DNA from: Candidatus Woesearchaeota archaeon
GTDB lineage: Archaea; Nanobdellota; Nanobdellia; SCGC-AAA011-G17; CAYUTI01
DNA: 64,000 nt
Assembly: GCA_964447685.1 (NCBI GenBank)
Contig: CAYUTI010000002.1
Location: 13,966-77,965 of the forward strand
Reading direction: 5' to 3'
Below, one piece after another: positions 37,972-47,113 of the stretch. A program made the translations under genes and the position numbers. Every line of letters starts with the position of its first letter. The first letter of the stretch is position 1. The notes below the pieces were generated by a model. That model made no database searches and was not told the DNA's origin. It saw nothing but the letters and a program-made list of their open reading frames with translations.

Positions 37972-38157
37972 TTAACTCGTGAACAGACTGAAAAAATAAT
38001 TCTCTTGTTCTAAATCTTCCAACACTTTACTTTTTAAAGTAGTCATAGTGACTTTTTTACTTTCTGGAAGTGAAACGTCATCAATCATAAACACGTCATC
38101 ACTTTCAATATCGTTCTGACTTATTTCTGGAAGATCTGTAATTTTAATATATGGCAT
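37972..38157 (-). CDS. hypothetical acidic protein, 61 aa
   Basis: ORF track. Confidence 0.35.
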   Translation of the reverse strand: MPYIKITDLPEISQNDIESDDVFMIDDVSLPESKKVTMTTLKSKVLEDLEQENYFFSLFTS

Positions 38158-38174
38158 AATCTTCTCCTTAATTA

Positions 38175-39080
38175 TTATGGAATTACAGCTTCACTTGGAA
38201 GTACTGTTAACGGATATTCAAAACTATAGTTACCTTCGCTACAATGCATTGTAACTGTAGCACCATCAACATCCATAATTAGATCTTCATCACTATGATT
38301 AATAGTAAGTCCATTTCTTCTAATATAGATATTGTTAGTAGCGCAACTAACATCCTTATCAATAATTTTTATTTCACCAAGTCCATCTTGCAGGATAATC
38401 TCACAGTCTCCATAACGAGTTAGACAATGAATTCTGTCTCCCATTACAGCACTGTGAATTATACCATTACTTACTGTAATATCTCTAAATGCAACGTTAT
38501 CAAATAATCCATGATGTGCATTTGGATCAGCATTATGACTTTCAAAAGCAGCAGGATTTGCTAAACTATCTGCATTGTGTTCACTCATTCTATCTTCAAG
38601 CATAGATATATGAGCATTAGGATCAACGTTATGATCACTTATTTCATTAGCTTGAGTATAGTTGAATTCGTAAAGACTTGTTATATCAATATTTGCTATT
38701 GTTATCTGAAGTCTTAGGCTAACACTTCCGCTTGGATCATAAAATATACTTGTTTCAGGTTGTGCTAAAAAAAGTAGAAACGGATTAGAATAAATATCTT
38801 CAGCTAAAAGATAAATTTCATTTATCTCCTCAACTGTTAAACTTTGTCCAGGTGGAATAGTACAATTGCATTGAATCGTATTAGGACTCATATCAACTTT
38901 CCCACTTATAGGAGCTGAATACCAAGTAGGCTCTAATGTAGAGTAATCCCTATTAGCATCAAGAACACCAGCCGTACTTGCTACAGCAAAACCCGTAGGG
39001 AAAATATGCCAACCTTCATGGGAAGCAGCTTGAATAGATTTTGTTAAACCAGAGTTGGTTACAAGGCCAATGACTGCCAT
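38175..39080 (-). CDS. tail-fibre-like protein with repeated HN[AV]DPNAH His motifs, 301 aa
   Basis: Three HNxD(PNAH) repeats, reminiscent of the HxH metal-binding repeats of T4 fibre tips. Confidence 0.5.
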   Translation of the reverse strand: MAVIGLVTNSGLTKSIQAASHEGWHIFPTGFAVASTAGVLDANRDYSTLEPTWYSAPISGKVDMSPNTIQCNCTIPPGQSLTVEEINEIYLLAEDIYSNPFLLFLAQPETSIFYDPSGSVSLRLQITIANIDITSLYEFNYTQANEISDHNVDPNAHISMLEDRMSEHNADSLANPAAFESHNADPNAHHGLFDNVAFRDITVSNGIIHSAVMGDRIHCLTRYGDCEIILQDGLGEIKIIDKDVSCATNNIYIRRNGLTINHSDEDLIMDVDGATVTMHCSEGNYSFEYPLTVLPSEAVIP

Positions 39081-39100
39081 TTACCTCACCCCCTTCATTT

Positions 39101-39298
39101 TTATTTGTAAGTCTTTATTAATTTTTCAGCAGCTTCTTTAGGATCTAAGCCACTATTTCTAAAATAATTTACCGTATCCCAAAAATCTTGAGGAGTAGAT
39201 CTTTGAATCATAGGAATTTCTTTTTTAACAAGATTTAAAACAATACTATTATATTTTTTATCTTTTGGAGATAAAGCAACAATACGGACGTATTTCAT
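39101..39298 (-). CDS. MKYV-family protein, 65 aa
   Basis: N-terminus MKYVRIVAL; TATAAATA 20 nt upstream. Confidence 0.45.
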   Translation of the reverse strand: MKYVRIVALSPKDKKYNSIVLNLVKKEIPMIQRSTPQDFWDTVNYFRNSGLDPKEAAEKLIKTYK

Positions 39299-39318
39299 AA
39301 CAGTCTCCTTGAATTATA

Positions 39319-39326
39319 TATTTATA
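39319..39326 (-). promoter_or_regulatory. T4 late-promoter-like TATAAATA
   Basis: Exact octamer on the - strand. Confidence 0.3.
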
Positions 39327-39358
39327 ATAAACTGGAAAAGATTTTATTGAAAAATTAC

Positions 39359-40564
39359 TTAGGGATGGTAAGTTGCTATTACATGATCATTAAATTGTGT
39401 GCGAAGTCTGAAACCATTTTGTGATATAAGTTCATAAATATTAGAACTATTACTCAAAGTTGTTAATATTAAATTATCATCTTGAGTTAATACATCATAA
39501 TCATTTTGAGTTCTCAAACTTGGTGGAGATTCTTCACCTGAAGCCCAGTAAATATGATCACAAAAACCAGCTCCAGTTGTACCAAATACAGCTAACATAT
39601 CCTCAAAGTATAGGAATAGGTCTGAGAACCCACCAAAGCTAATACCCAGTTTCGCAATCTCAGCAAAGTAACTGAGTTCAAATTCCGTTAGCTTAGGATA
39701 AACATAATGTTCAAGGAAAGCCAGCATCGCTTGCAAAGTTCCAACTTTAATACCTGACATTGAAACATCTACGAATAAACTGTAGGTATCAGGAATACCT
39801 TTTGGATTCTTTTCCCACCACTCTTCTATTTCATAACTGATAGTTAAAAACTTTAGAACAAGCTCAAGGCCTGATTTAGTTCCTTTTAAAAAATGAATAG
39901 CATTTAGATAACCTGCAAGGGCTGATAACTCATCATGGCTAAGTTCCATAACGTCATCAATATAATCATAACCATACTCACTTACAATTGCTTTTAATGC
40001 ATCTGTAGAAAGTTTATCTCTATCTCTATGCTTTTCGCTTATATCGTAAAAATAAGGAACCTGACTATCAATAAAATAATCCAGTATCTCATAAAACTGT
40101 TTATATGTGTTATCTTGTTTAGCAAGTTCTTTAGGTAAAAATTGTTGAGCCGATATTTTTGTTTCCCAAACAACCTCACCATCAGTAAAACGCTCATTAT
40201 TTTTATATCTCCAATCAGGTTCCGATTTTATGGAATCTACTTTGTACATATAAAAATTGCTGTTCCATTCAACAGGCCCTGTAGTTGGAATAACAGCGTC
40301 ACCAATAGCATAGGATGTATCAGCTTGCCATGGATCTGTACCAAATACATATGGAACGAAAATCCATTTTATCCTATGGTCGTAAACACTCGTATTTATC
40401 AACCATGTTGGTTCAGAGCTTCCACTATTTCCTGATGTTGAACTATGGCTATAACCAGCACTAATACACTTATAATAACGATTTCTTCTATCAGGAGGGT
40501 AAACATAAAAACCCTTCTCATAGTAAGTGTCTGGTTGCCACGTTCTTTCGATTGTAACGGCCAT
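39359..40564 (-). CDS. structural protein with EPxW repeat motifs, 401 aa
   Basis: SEPTWLINTSVYDHRIKW and SEPDWRYKNNERFTDGEVVWETK resemble the repeats in the baseplate J-like protein. Confidence 0.5.
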   Translation of the reverse strand: MAVTIERTWQPDTYYEKGFYVYPPDRRNRYYKCISAGYSHSSTSGNSGSSEPTWLINTSVYDHRIKWIFVPYVFGTDPWQADTSYAIGDAVIPTTGPVEWNSNFYMYKVDSIKSEPDWRYKNNERFTDGEVVWETKISAQQFLPKELAKQDNTYKQFYEILDYFIDSQVPYFYDISEKHRDRDKLSTDALKAIVSEYGYDYIDDVMELSHDELSALAGYLNAIHFLKGTKSGLELVLKFLTISYEIEEWWEKNPKGIPDTYSLFVDVSMSGIKVGTLQAMLAFLEHYVYPKLTEFELSYFAEIAKLGISFGGFSDLFLYFEDMLAVFGTTGAGFCDHIYWASGEESPPSLRTQNDYDVLTQDDNLILTTLSNSSNIYELISQNGFRLRTQFNDHVIATYHP

Positions 40565-40681
40565 AACTTATCCTTATACTTTTACATGAAGACCTTGAGC
40601 TATTTTATAAGCTCTAAATCAGAAGCTATTTTAGCAATGGCATCTTTAATACCAGTCAGTGCTTTTATTATTTTAGGCATA

Positions 40682-40879
40682 TTATGCTTTTTTAAATTCA
40701 TCAAGTGATCTATATATTTTCTCACCTTTAAATCTGCCTTCCAGTATTTCTACAGTTGCCATAGGAATTGAGTATGTTTTAGTGTCAATTTGAATAACTT
40801 TACATTTTCCAAATTTAGGATGTTTAACTACATTACCTTTTTCTATAGCTGAAGCTGATTTAAGTTTTACATATTTCAT
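40682..40879 (-). CDS. MKYV-family protein, 65 aa (start trimmed to the ATG; the track start is TTG)
   Basis: N-terminus MKYVKLKSAS. Confidence 0.45.
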   Translation of the reverse strand: MKYVKLKSASAIEKGNVVKHPKFGKCKVIQIDTKTYSIPMATVEILEGRFKGEKIYRSLDEFKKA

Positions 40880-40888
40880 AAGCAACCT

Positions 40889-41143
40889 CTATTTTGTTTT
40901 TATGTAAAGATCTTGAGCTAATTTTTTCAAGTCTTTAGAATCCATAAAAATTAGTCGCATCAAAACATTATCAATAGCTGGAACTTTATTAGCTTTTAAA
41001 ACATTTGTTATGTCTTGAATTAAAGACTTTCTAAGTTTATATTCTTTTTCTGAAATAGTTGAGTCGGCTGCATCTTCAACAATCTCTATAATATTTTCAG
41101 CTTTCAACTTAATTTTATTATTTTTAATAACGACTTTTTTCAT
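40889..41143 (-). CDS. small protein, MKKVVIK N-terminus, 84 aa
   Basis: ORF track. Confidence 0.4.
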   Translation of the reverse strand: MKKVVIKNNKIKLKAENIIEIVEDAADSTISEKEYKLRKSLIQDITNVLKANKVPAIDNVLMRLIFMDSKDLKKLAQDLYIKTK

Positions 41144-41161
41144 TAATAGCGTCTCCTTAGA

Positions 41162-41656
41162 TTAAATAAAATTAACAAGCTTATTTGAATTCATATCTAA
41201 TGAAAAAGAAACAGAACCATCTTCACCTGATTTAGTATAGATATTTAGTTTTGTATTATTACCTAAATCATACTTATCCGAAATTTGAAGAAACTTTTCT
41301 CCTTCTTTTTTAAATATCTTAATTTCTGCTTCATATTGTTTTAACATTTTATCATACAAATCATTATAGTCTGGATAGGAAGCCTTATACTTATCAAATA
41401 TTTGTTTTATTCTTCTTTCTGGAACACCATCACTAAGATCTTCTTTTAAATCTTGAACACTAACTGGTTTTCTATTAACTGTATATTTATATACTATAAA
41501 ATATCCCCTACGATAAGAATCCATTAATTTTTCATTATCAATTTTCCAATTTAAGGACTTTGCAAGTTTTTTAATATCATTTGTTACGTTTTTAGCTAAC
41601 TGAGTAAATACAATCTTAGCAGAAATAATATCAGTTTTAACTGTTACATATTTCAT
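41162..41656 (-). CDS. MKYV-family protein, 164 aa
   Basis: N-terminus MKYVTVKTD. Confidence 0.5.
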   Translation of the reverse strand: MKYVTVKTDIISAKIVFTQLAKNVTNDIKKLAKSLNWKIDNEKLMDSYRRGYFIVYKYTVNRKPVSVQDLKEDLSDGVPERRIKQIFDKYKASYPDYNDLYDKMLKQYEAEIKIFKKEGEKFLQISDKYDLGNNTKLNIYTKSGEDGSVSFSLDMNSNKLVNFI

Positions 41657-41668
41657 TATTATTGTCTC

Positions 41669-42082
41669 CTAATAAAAAGGTTTGAATGGTTTAACAATTT
41701 TCCATTCTTTTTTAAATTTAGATAACGGAATAATTCTTATTTTAGATTTACCATCAAATTGCATAAATGTTAAATCGATTACCTGATTACCAACTAAGCA
41801 TACTACATGGATTATATGTTTTTTATAGTCTTCTTTTTCTGATTCATCCACTGAGTAATGATTAAAGAAATCTTCATCGAGTTCAAACATAGGATTTGTT
41901 CCCGATATCAATTTAACATCTATGTTTTTATCTTTTAAGAAATGAAAAAGATCTGTAGAAACTCCGTCACAACTACCATAGAAATCTTCTTTTGATTTTT
42001 TGTATTTGTAGAATTTATCTGTTTTAATAAACTCGTTAACAAGATCTTCTATGTTATCTGATTTAAGTTTTACATATTTCAT
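41669..42082 (-). CDS. MKYV-family protein, 137 aa (start trimmed; the track start is GTG)
   Basis: N-terminus MKYVKLKSDN. Confidence 0.5.
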   Translation of the reverse strand: MKYVKLKSDNIEDLVNEFIKTDKFYKYKKSKEDFYGSCDGVSTDLFHFLKDKNIDVKLISGTNPMFELDEDFFNHYSVDESEKEDYKKHIIHVVCLVGNQVIDLTFMQFDGKSKIRIIPLSKFKKEWKIVKPFKPFY

Positions 42083-42084
42083 TT

Positions 42085-42387
42085 TTATACCCACTTTTTA
42101 AATTTTCCAAATTGATCTTCAAGTTCTGTGTATTTAGGCTTGTGGTCAAACACTTGATCAATATTAACATGAAAATTTCTTCCACCAGAATTAATATCTA
42201 AATAAGTATTACTTAATCCTTTATTATCAATATTGTTTACACGTTCAATTTTACCTTTAGCTATTTTTTGATCTAAACTATCTTTTTTAGTAAATAGAAA
42301 GTAAACAATATCTCCTTCTTTAGGAAGTTTTTTATTTTCAAGATATGACCCTTTTGAAGATATTATTTTAATATTTACATATTTCAT
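42085..42387 (-). CDS. MKYV-family protein, 100 aa
   Basis: N-terminus MKYVNIKII. Confidence 0.5.
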   Translation of the reverse strand: MKYVNIKIISSKGSYLENKKLPKEGDIVYFLFTKKDSLDQKIAKGKIERVNNIDNKGLSNTYLDINSGGRNFHVNIDQVFDHKPKYTELEDQFGKFKKWV

Positions 42388-42413
42388 AATTTATATTATC
42401 CTATTAATAAAAA

Positions 42414-42692
42414 CTAACCATTAATTTCAGCAATAATTTCCCAAGGTCCAACAACAAGACCTTTATTTTTCAAAACAATCCAACCTTTTTTATCAGATAA
42501 TGTTTCAAGAAAATTAAAATCATCAGTTACAAATCTTTTTAACAGAATGGCATGATAACCTCTTTCTTCTGATTGTTCAGCAGCTTTTTCCCATTCTAAC
42601 TTTGGATATTTTTTATAAATCTTTTCTGCTTTATTAACTTGTATTTTATATTCATCATAATCTTTACTTGATATAACATTTACATATTTCAT
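42414..42692 (-). CDS. MKYV-family protein, 92 aa
   Basis: N-terminus MKYVNVISS. Confidence 0.5.
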   Translation of the reverse strand: MKYVNVISSKDYDEYKIQVNKAEKIYKKYPKLEWEKAAEQSEERGYHAILLKRFVTDDFNFLETLSDKKGWIVLKNKGLVVGPWEIIAEING

Positions 42693-42746
42693 AACTAACC
42701 TCTTTATTTAAATATCTTTACCAGGAATTGGTGTAATTACTCCTTA

Positions 42747-45482
42747 TTAGCCACGTTTCCTTATTATGTTTTTACCGAAGATGTAATATTCTTTCCAGTT
42801 ACACCACGGAATAAAAGTAAGTGGGTTCTTAGCTTTCCAGTAGATTTGACCATCTATTACTACTTCATCTTCAACTGTAGGCCAATCAGGTTCAATGTCA
42901 ACAATAGCTGTTAACCTATACTGAAAACCTGTAGCTATAGTAGGTAACACAATACTATCAAGTTGATATAAAGTATCGGCTTGCCACGTATCAGGAGTTC
43001 CAACAATAGTTTCAGCAGTCCATTCCAAATGAATATTTTCAATAACTGTGTTACCAAGCATTGTTGGCCAAATAGGTTCGTGGTTAGTTGAATAGCCTCT
43101 ATCCGTCCATTGACTACTACCATCAAGCTCACCGTCTCTAATATAACTTGCAATATATACAAGACCATTAGGAGTAGAAGGATAAACTAAATCTCTTACA
43201 TGATAGCTTGTTTCTTCTGCCCAAGTCGTAGATTTATTTTCACTAGTTACTTCAACCCTGGCAATTTTCATATAATCAAGCTCTTCAACTTTTTCTTCAA
43301 TGTCTTTATAATCAATTGCATTACCTAAACTCTTCTCATAGCTTTCTAAAATATTATCTATATCAACACGAATGTTAGAAAGACTTACTGAGTAATCATC
43401 AAGGTAAAGTGTAAAAGTAAGTTCAGTAAAAAGAATAACTGGATCATCTATTCCAAAAACTGGCTCGACACCAAAAGGTCTAAAGGTTTCAAGTTCTGCT
43501 AATGCAACATTTTTAGGATAAAGATCACTATACAACTCATCATAACATTCCCAAGTTACAGTTCCATCAATTACCGTGTCACCGATTGTCATAGGCCAAT
43601 CTGGTTCATTATCAACATCAGTAATTCCTGCAACTATGCAACTATAAAAATATCCGTTTTCTAAAGAGGGCTTAATATATTCATCAAGCTGTTGTTCTCT
43701 GTCACCTTTCCAGATAGGAGCATAATAGCCACCGAGAAAAATAGTTTCATCACATTTCCATATTGCATCACCATCTTCAACAGTATTTCCTATAACAACT
43801 GGCCAAATGGGTTCAATACTAAAACTATTAGGTACATACATGTAACCATTATATACCGTAGGTTCAACAATTGAATTTAGGTTATATTCAGTATCTGCTG
43901 TCCAAGTATCAATAATTCCATTATGCAGTACCGTTCTCCATATAACCTGACCATCTGTTATAGTTTCACCAACAACTGTTGGCCATACTGGTTCTAAACT
44001 TCCACTAAGTCCATAAGTGTTTGCATGAGTGTAACCTTCAATATCTGATATGCATGTATAAATATAATTATTTGGAGTTGATGGCATTATTTGTTGGTTA
44101 GGCTTTACCAATAAAGAAGATTGCCATAACAACGTAGTGTGTTCTTTACAGTAAGTAAGAGCAACTACAGCAGGAGATATGTCACGTCCATTTGTATCAG
44201 CTATATTATCAAGAAGAAGTTTTAAACTCTTTAAATAATCATAACGGCCTCTAATTCGTTTTTGAGTTTCGTGAAAAAGAGGAGCATTATTTTTTATGTT
44301 ATCTGTTGACTCTGGAGCAACATATCTATTCTCAGTTAAGGTAGTTGATATTTCACCATAAATAAAATCGATATCACTTTCTGTATAAATAAGATTAACC
44401 AATTCTATAAAGCTGAGTTTTAATTCGTCACCAACTCTATATGGAAAATTAGAGTATTCATAACTTCTAACACATTTCCATGTTAAACTACCCTCTATTA
44501 CTTCTGTACCTATAGTAATCGGCCAATCAGGTTCAATAGCACCGCTTGCTTGAACAGTAGGTGTTATAGATCTAAAATAAAGATTCCCTCGCAATACGCC
44601 AACACATTCCCATTCAATATCTCCATCTATAACAGTAGCTCCTCTTTCAACCGGCCATGCTGGTTCAGTTGCTCCGCTGCTACCACCACCTGGAGTAATA
44701 CAAACATAATAAAAATCGTCATAACTATAATTTGTTTTCATAGCTATACTGTTTTCACTATAAGTAAAACCAGATCGCCATGCATAGTTAGGAGTTATAT
44801 ATTCATTTGGATTGTAAGGTTTACTTCCCATCCAATATTCAGGAGGAAACCTATTGAAATAAAGAACGTCTAAACTATCAAGACTATTTGTTAACGTGAT
44901 ATACTTATCAATTGTCATATCAGTAACAAGTTTAGATGTAGGTAATACATTATCATTTAATGTAAGGATAAAATCTTCACTTACTTTTTCTGATAGAAAT
45001 CTATAAACAACAATATCTTCAGTTGCAACGGTTATCGACTCTTCTATTTTATTACCAATAATAACTTCAAGAGTTGTGGTTTCTCCGAAAACAACATTCT
45101 TATCTTCATTAGCAACTAAGTCATAACCAGCAACGCTGCCTACGATATCAAACTTACTTATACCTATTGTAGAGTTGGCAACAAATGTAAGTTTCAAATG
45201 GGCGTTCTTTCCACGAAAAACACTATAGCCTAAACTCTCAGCAGTAGCAACATGGCTACTTCTAATCTTAGCATCAAATAAGTAATTTTCACGGCGATTA
45301 ACCATAGTGTGATAACTGTTGTAGCTACCAAAATTCGCAAGCATTTCTATAAAAGTTACGCCGGTATCACTTTCATAAAAATCACGCCAGCTTGCATAAT
45401 CAACTTTAGATTGAACAAAAGTTATTAGCGCTTGCTTTATTTCTTCTTGCGATAAATATTCTGGATTAATTATGTGTCCCAT
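42747..45482 (-). CDS. baseplate J-like (gp6/gpJ family) protein with seven approx. 23-aa EPxWP...DG...W.C repeats, 911 aa
   Basis: N-terminal region of baseplate-J type. Placement after gp25/W as in P2 or T4 tails. Repeats read directly. Confidence 0.65.
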   Translation of the reverse strand: MGHIINPEYLSQEEIKQALITFVQSKVDYASWRDFYESDTGVTFIEMLANFGSYNSYHTMVNRRENYLFDAKIRSSHVATAESLGYSVFRGKNAHLKLTFVANSTIGISKFDIVGSVAGYDLVANEDKNVVFGETTTLEVIIGNKIEESITVATEDIVVYRFLSEKVSEDFILTLNDNVLPTSKLVTDMTIDKYITLTNSLDSLDVLYFNRFPPEYWMGSKPYNPNEYITPNYAWRSGFTYSENSIAMKTNYSYDDFYYVCITPGGGSSGATEPAWPVERGATVIDGDIEWECVGVLRGNLYFRSITPTVQASGAIEPDWPITIGTEVIEGSLTWKCVRSYEYSNFPYRVGDELKLSFIELVNLIYTESDIDFIYGEISTTLTENRYVAPESTDNIKNNAPLFHETQKRIRGRYDYLKSLKLLLDNIADTNGRDISPAVVALTYCKEHTTLLWQSSLLVKPNQQIMPSTPNNYIYTCISDIEGYTHANTYGLSGSLEPVWPTVVGETITDGQVIWRTVLHNGIIDTWTADTEYNLNSIVEPTVYNGYMYVPNSFSIEPIWPVVIGNTVEDGDAIWKCDETIFLGGYYAPIWKGDREQQLDEYIKPSLENGYFYSCIVAGITDVDNEPDWPMTIGDTVIDGTVTWECYDELYSDLYPKNVALAELETFRPFGVEPVFGIDDPVILFTELTFTLYLDDYSVSLSNIRVDIDNILESYEKSLGNAIDYKDIEEKVEELDYMKIARVEVTSENKSTTWAEETSYHVRDLVYPSTPNGLVYIASYIRDGELDGSSQWTDRGYSTNHEPIWPTMLGNTVIENIHLEWTAETIVGTPDTWQADTLYQLDSIVLPTIATGFQYRLTAIVDIEPDWPTVEDEVVIDGQIYWKAKNPLTFIPWCNWKEYYIFGKNIIRKRG

Positions 45483-45660
45483 TTTCTTACCTTTATTAAA
45501 TAAATTTATTTATTCTATGAATTTTTTTCAGAGCATAATCGGACAACTCTTTATAAATTTTATCTGCAATATTTTTATAAAGGTCTTTTTTTTTGAAGAT
45601 AAATATGTTGCATAATTTAATGCCTATGCAGCAAGGTCTTTTTGATCACTGAATTAAATA

Positions 45661-46044
45661 TTAAGCTGTAAAAGCTCCGGTAAAACTAAACCGAGTAAAC
45701 TGATTGTCTTCGAGTCCACGTATTGAACAAGCTAAACGAATTTCATAACTGTTATCATCTTCATTAGGAATTACTTCGCTGTTAACTGTGTCAATATAGG
45801 CCATTGGAATCCAACGTTCTACTTCAGTAATTATGCTTTGAAAAATAGAAAGTGCTGTTACGTCATCGATAAGTTCAAAAACCCATGGTTCAGGAGCAGC
45901 ACCAAATTCTGGAAGATCCACTCTTTCTTTCTTACTCGTAGAAAACAGGTTTATAAATTTTTGATAAATAGCCTCAACGTTTTCAAGTCGAGGCTTATCT
46001 ATCCATGCTAAACCATTTATATCAGAATAAACTATGAAAGCCAT
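45661..46044 (-). CDS. gp25/GPW-like baseplate wedge protein, 127 aa
   Basis: PEFGAAPEPWVFE versus T4 gp25 PEFGCDLSDQLFE; size and position agree. Confidence 0.65.
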   Translation of the reverse strand: MAFIVYSDINGLAWIDKPRLENVEAIYQKFINLFSTSKKERVDLPEFGAAPEPWVFELIDDVTALSIFQSIITEVERWIPMAYIDTVNSEVIPNEDDNSYEIRLACSIRGLEDNQFTRFSFTGAFTA

Positions 46045-46060
46045 AATAACTCCTCAATTA

Positions 46061-46360
46061 TTAAATGGATATAGTCCAAGTAATACCATCATACTCAGCT
46101 TTGATTCCATCTTTCTTACCAGGAGCTACCCATTTTTCAACATTATATAAAAAAAGAGGCCCAAATATCATTCCAGTATTGCTTACAATTTTAAATTCTT
46201 GTTTTCTATAATGCAATTTACCTTTAATGTTTGCAATAAAGTTTGAACCTTTGAGTAGCTCAGCATAAACAGTTTCTCCATCATGCTCTTGTAAGAATTT
46301 ATAAAAATCATTTCTATCAAGTTTCTCAGCAGTTTTAACTTTAACTTTAACTTTCTTCAT
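46061..46360 (-). CDS. small protein, MKKVKVKVK N-terminus, 99 aa
   Basis: ORF track. Confidence 0.45.
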   Translation of the reverse strand: MKKVKVKVKTAEKLDRNDFYKFLQEHDGETVYAELLKGSNFIANIKGKLHYRKQEFKIVSNTGMIFGPLFLYNVEKWVAPGKKDGIKAEYDGITWTISI

Positions 46361-46382
46361 GGTGCCTCCAATTAATAAAATA

Positions 46383-46844
46383 TCAGGATGATATTAAGTT
46401 ATCAAAATATAAATCTCTATCCATCATAGGATCAGGTTTTATTCCTACTTTTATAGCCCAATGTTTCCATTCAAAACCATGTGGATCTGCTTTAGGTTCG
46501 TTATCAATTTCTGTTACAGCTTGATGGCACATTTCATGTAGCATTATAAAATTTAAAACTTTATCATTCTTAAAATAGTCTATAATATTTTGAGAAATAG
46601 CAAATGCACCGTCTCTAACTCTTCCTGTTGATGGATCATACATAAATTCCCAATAACCTAGATTAGCGGTTTTCTTTCCTTTCCTATTTCGTAACCATCT
46701 AAACTTAGGATATTTAAGTTTACCACCAAACTTTTCTTTATTAAATCTCTTCCATAGGTTCTGTATATATTTTAATTTAACTTCTTTATTAGATTTTTTT
46801 AGACTATCAAAACTATTTAAAGATTTAATCTTAATATATTTCAT
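46383..46844 (-). CDS. SprT-like zinc metalloprotease-domain protein with MKYIKIK N-terminus, 153 aa
   Basis: MLHEMCHQAV...HGFEW matches the HExxH...HG SprT/WLM pattern. Confidence 0.55.
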   Translation of the reverse strand: MKYIKIKSLNSFDSLKKSNKEVKLKYIQNLWKRFNKEKFGGKLKYPKFRWLRNRKGKKTANLGYWEFMYDPSTGRVRDGAFAISQNIIDYFKNDKVLNFIMLHEMCHQAVTEIDNEPKADPHGFEWKHWAIKVGIKPDPMMDRDLYFDNLISS

Positions 46845-46864
46845 AACGTTCTATTCTCACGTTA

Positions 46865-47110
46865 TCAATTAATAAAAGTATCTGGACTTCCAGTTATTTC
46901 TATTGCTCTAACATTATTCAAATCGGTAAGTCGTGACTGAGCTAACCCGTTAGCAAATGTATCAGGGCTTCCTGTAACTTCAATCATTCGCATATTGTTT
47001 AAATCAGTTATTCTGTGACTACCTAAACTGTTAATAAAAACATCTGGACTTCCTGTTATCTGAATACCTCGTAAACTGTCTATGTCTGTTATTCTTGCTG
47101 CCGGTTTCAT
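46865..47110 (-). CDS. PAAR-like triple-repeat spike-tip protein (81 aa)
   Basis: Three approx. 27-aa repeats ITGSPDVFIN... resemble PAAR-domain repeats, but the PAAR tetrapeptide is replaced by SHRI/SRLT. Confidence 0.55.
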   Translation of the reverse strand: MKPAARITDIDSLRGIQITGSPDVFINSLGSHRITDLNNMRMIEVTGSPDTFANGLAQSRLTDLNNVRAIEITGSPDTFIN

Positions 47111-47113
47111 AAC

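Noticed and set aside
40142-40708. + strand ORFs 40142-40435 and 40445-40708
   Set aside because: Antisense to the 401-aa gene and to intergenic sequence; no RBS; hydrophobic artefacts of T-rich antisense sequence.
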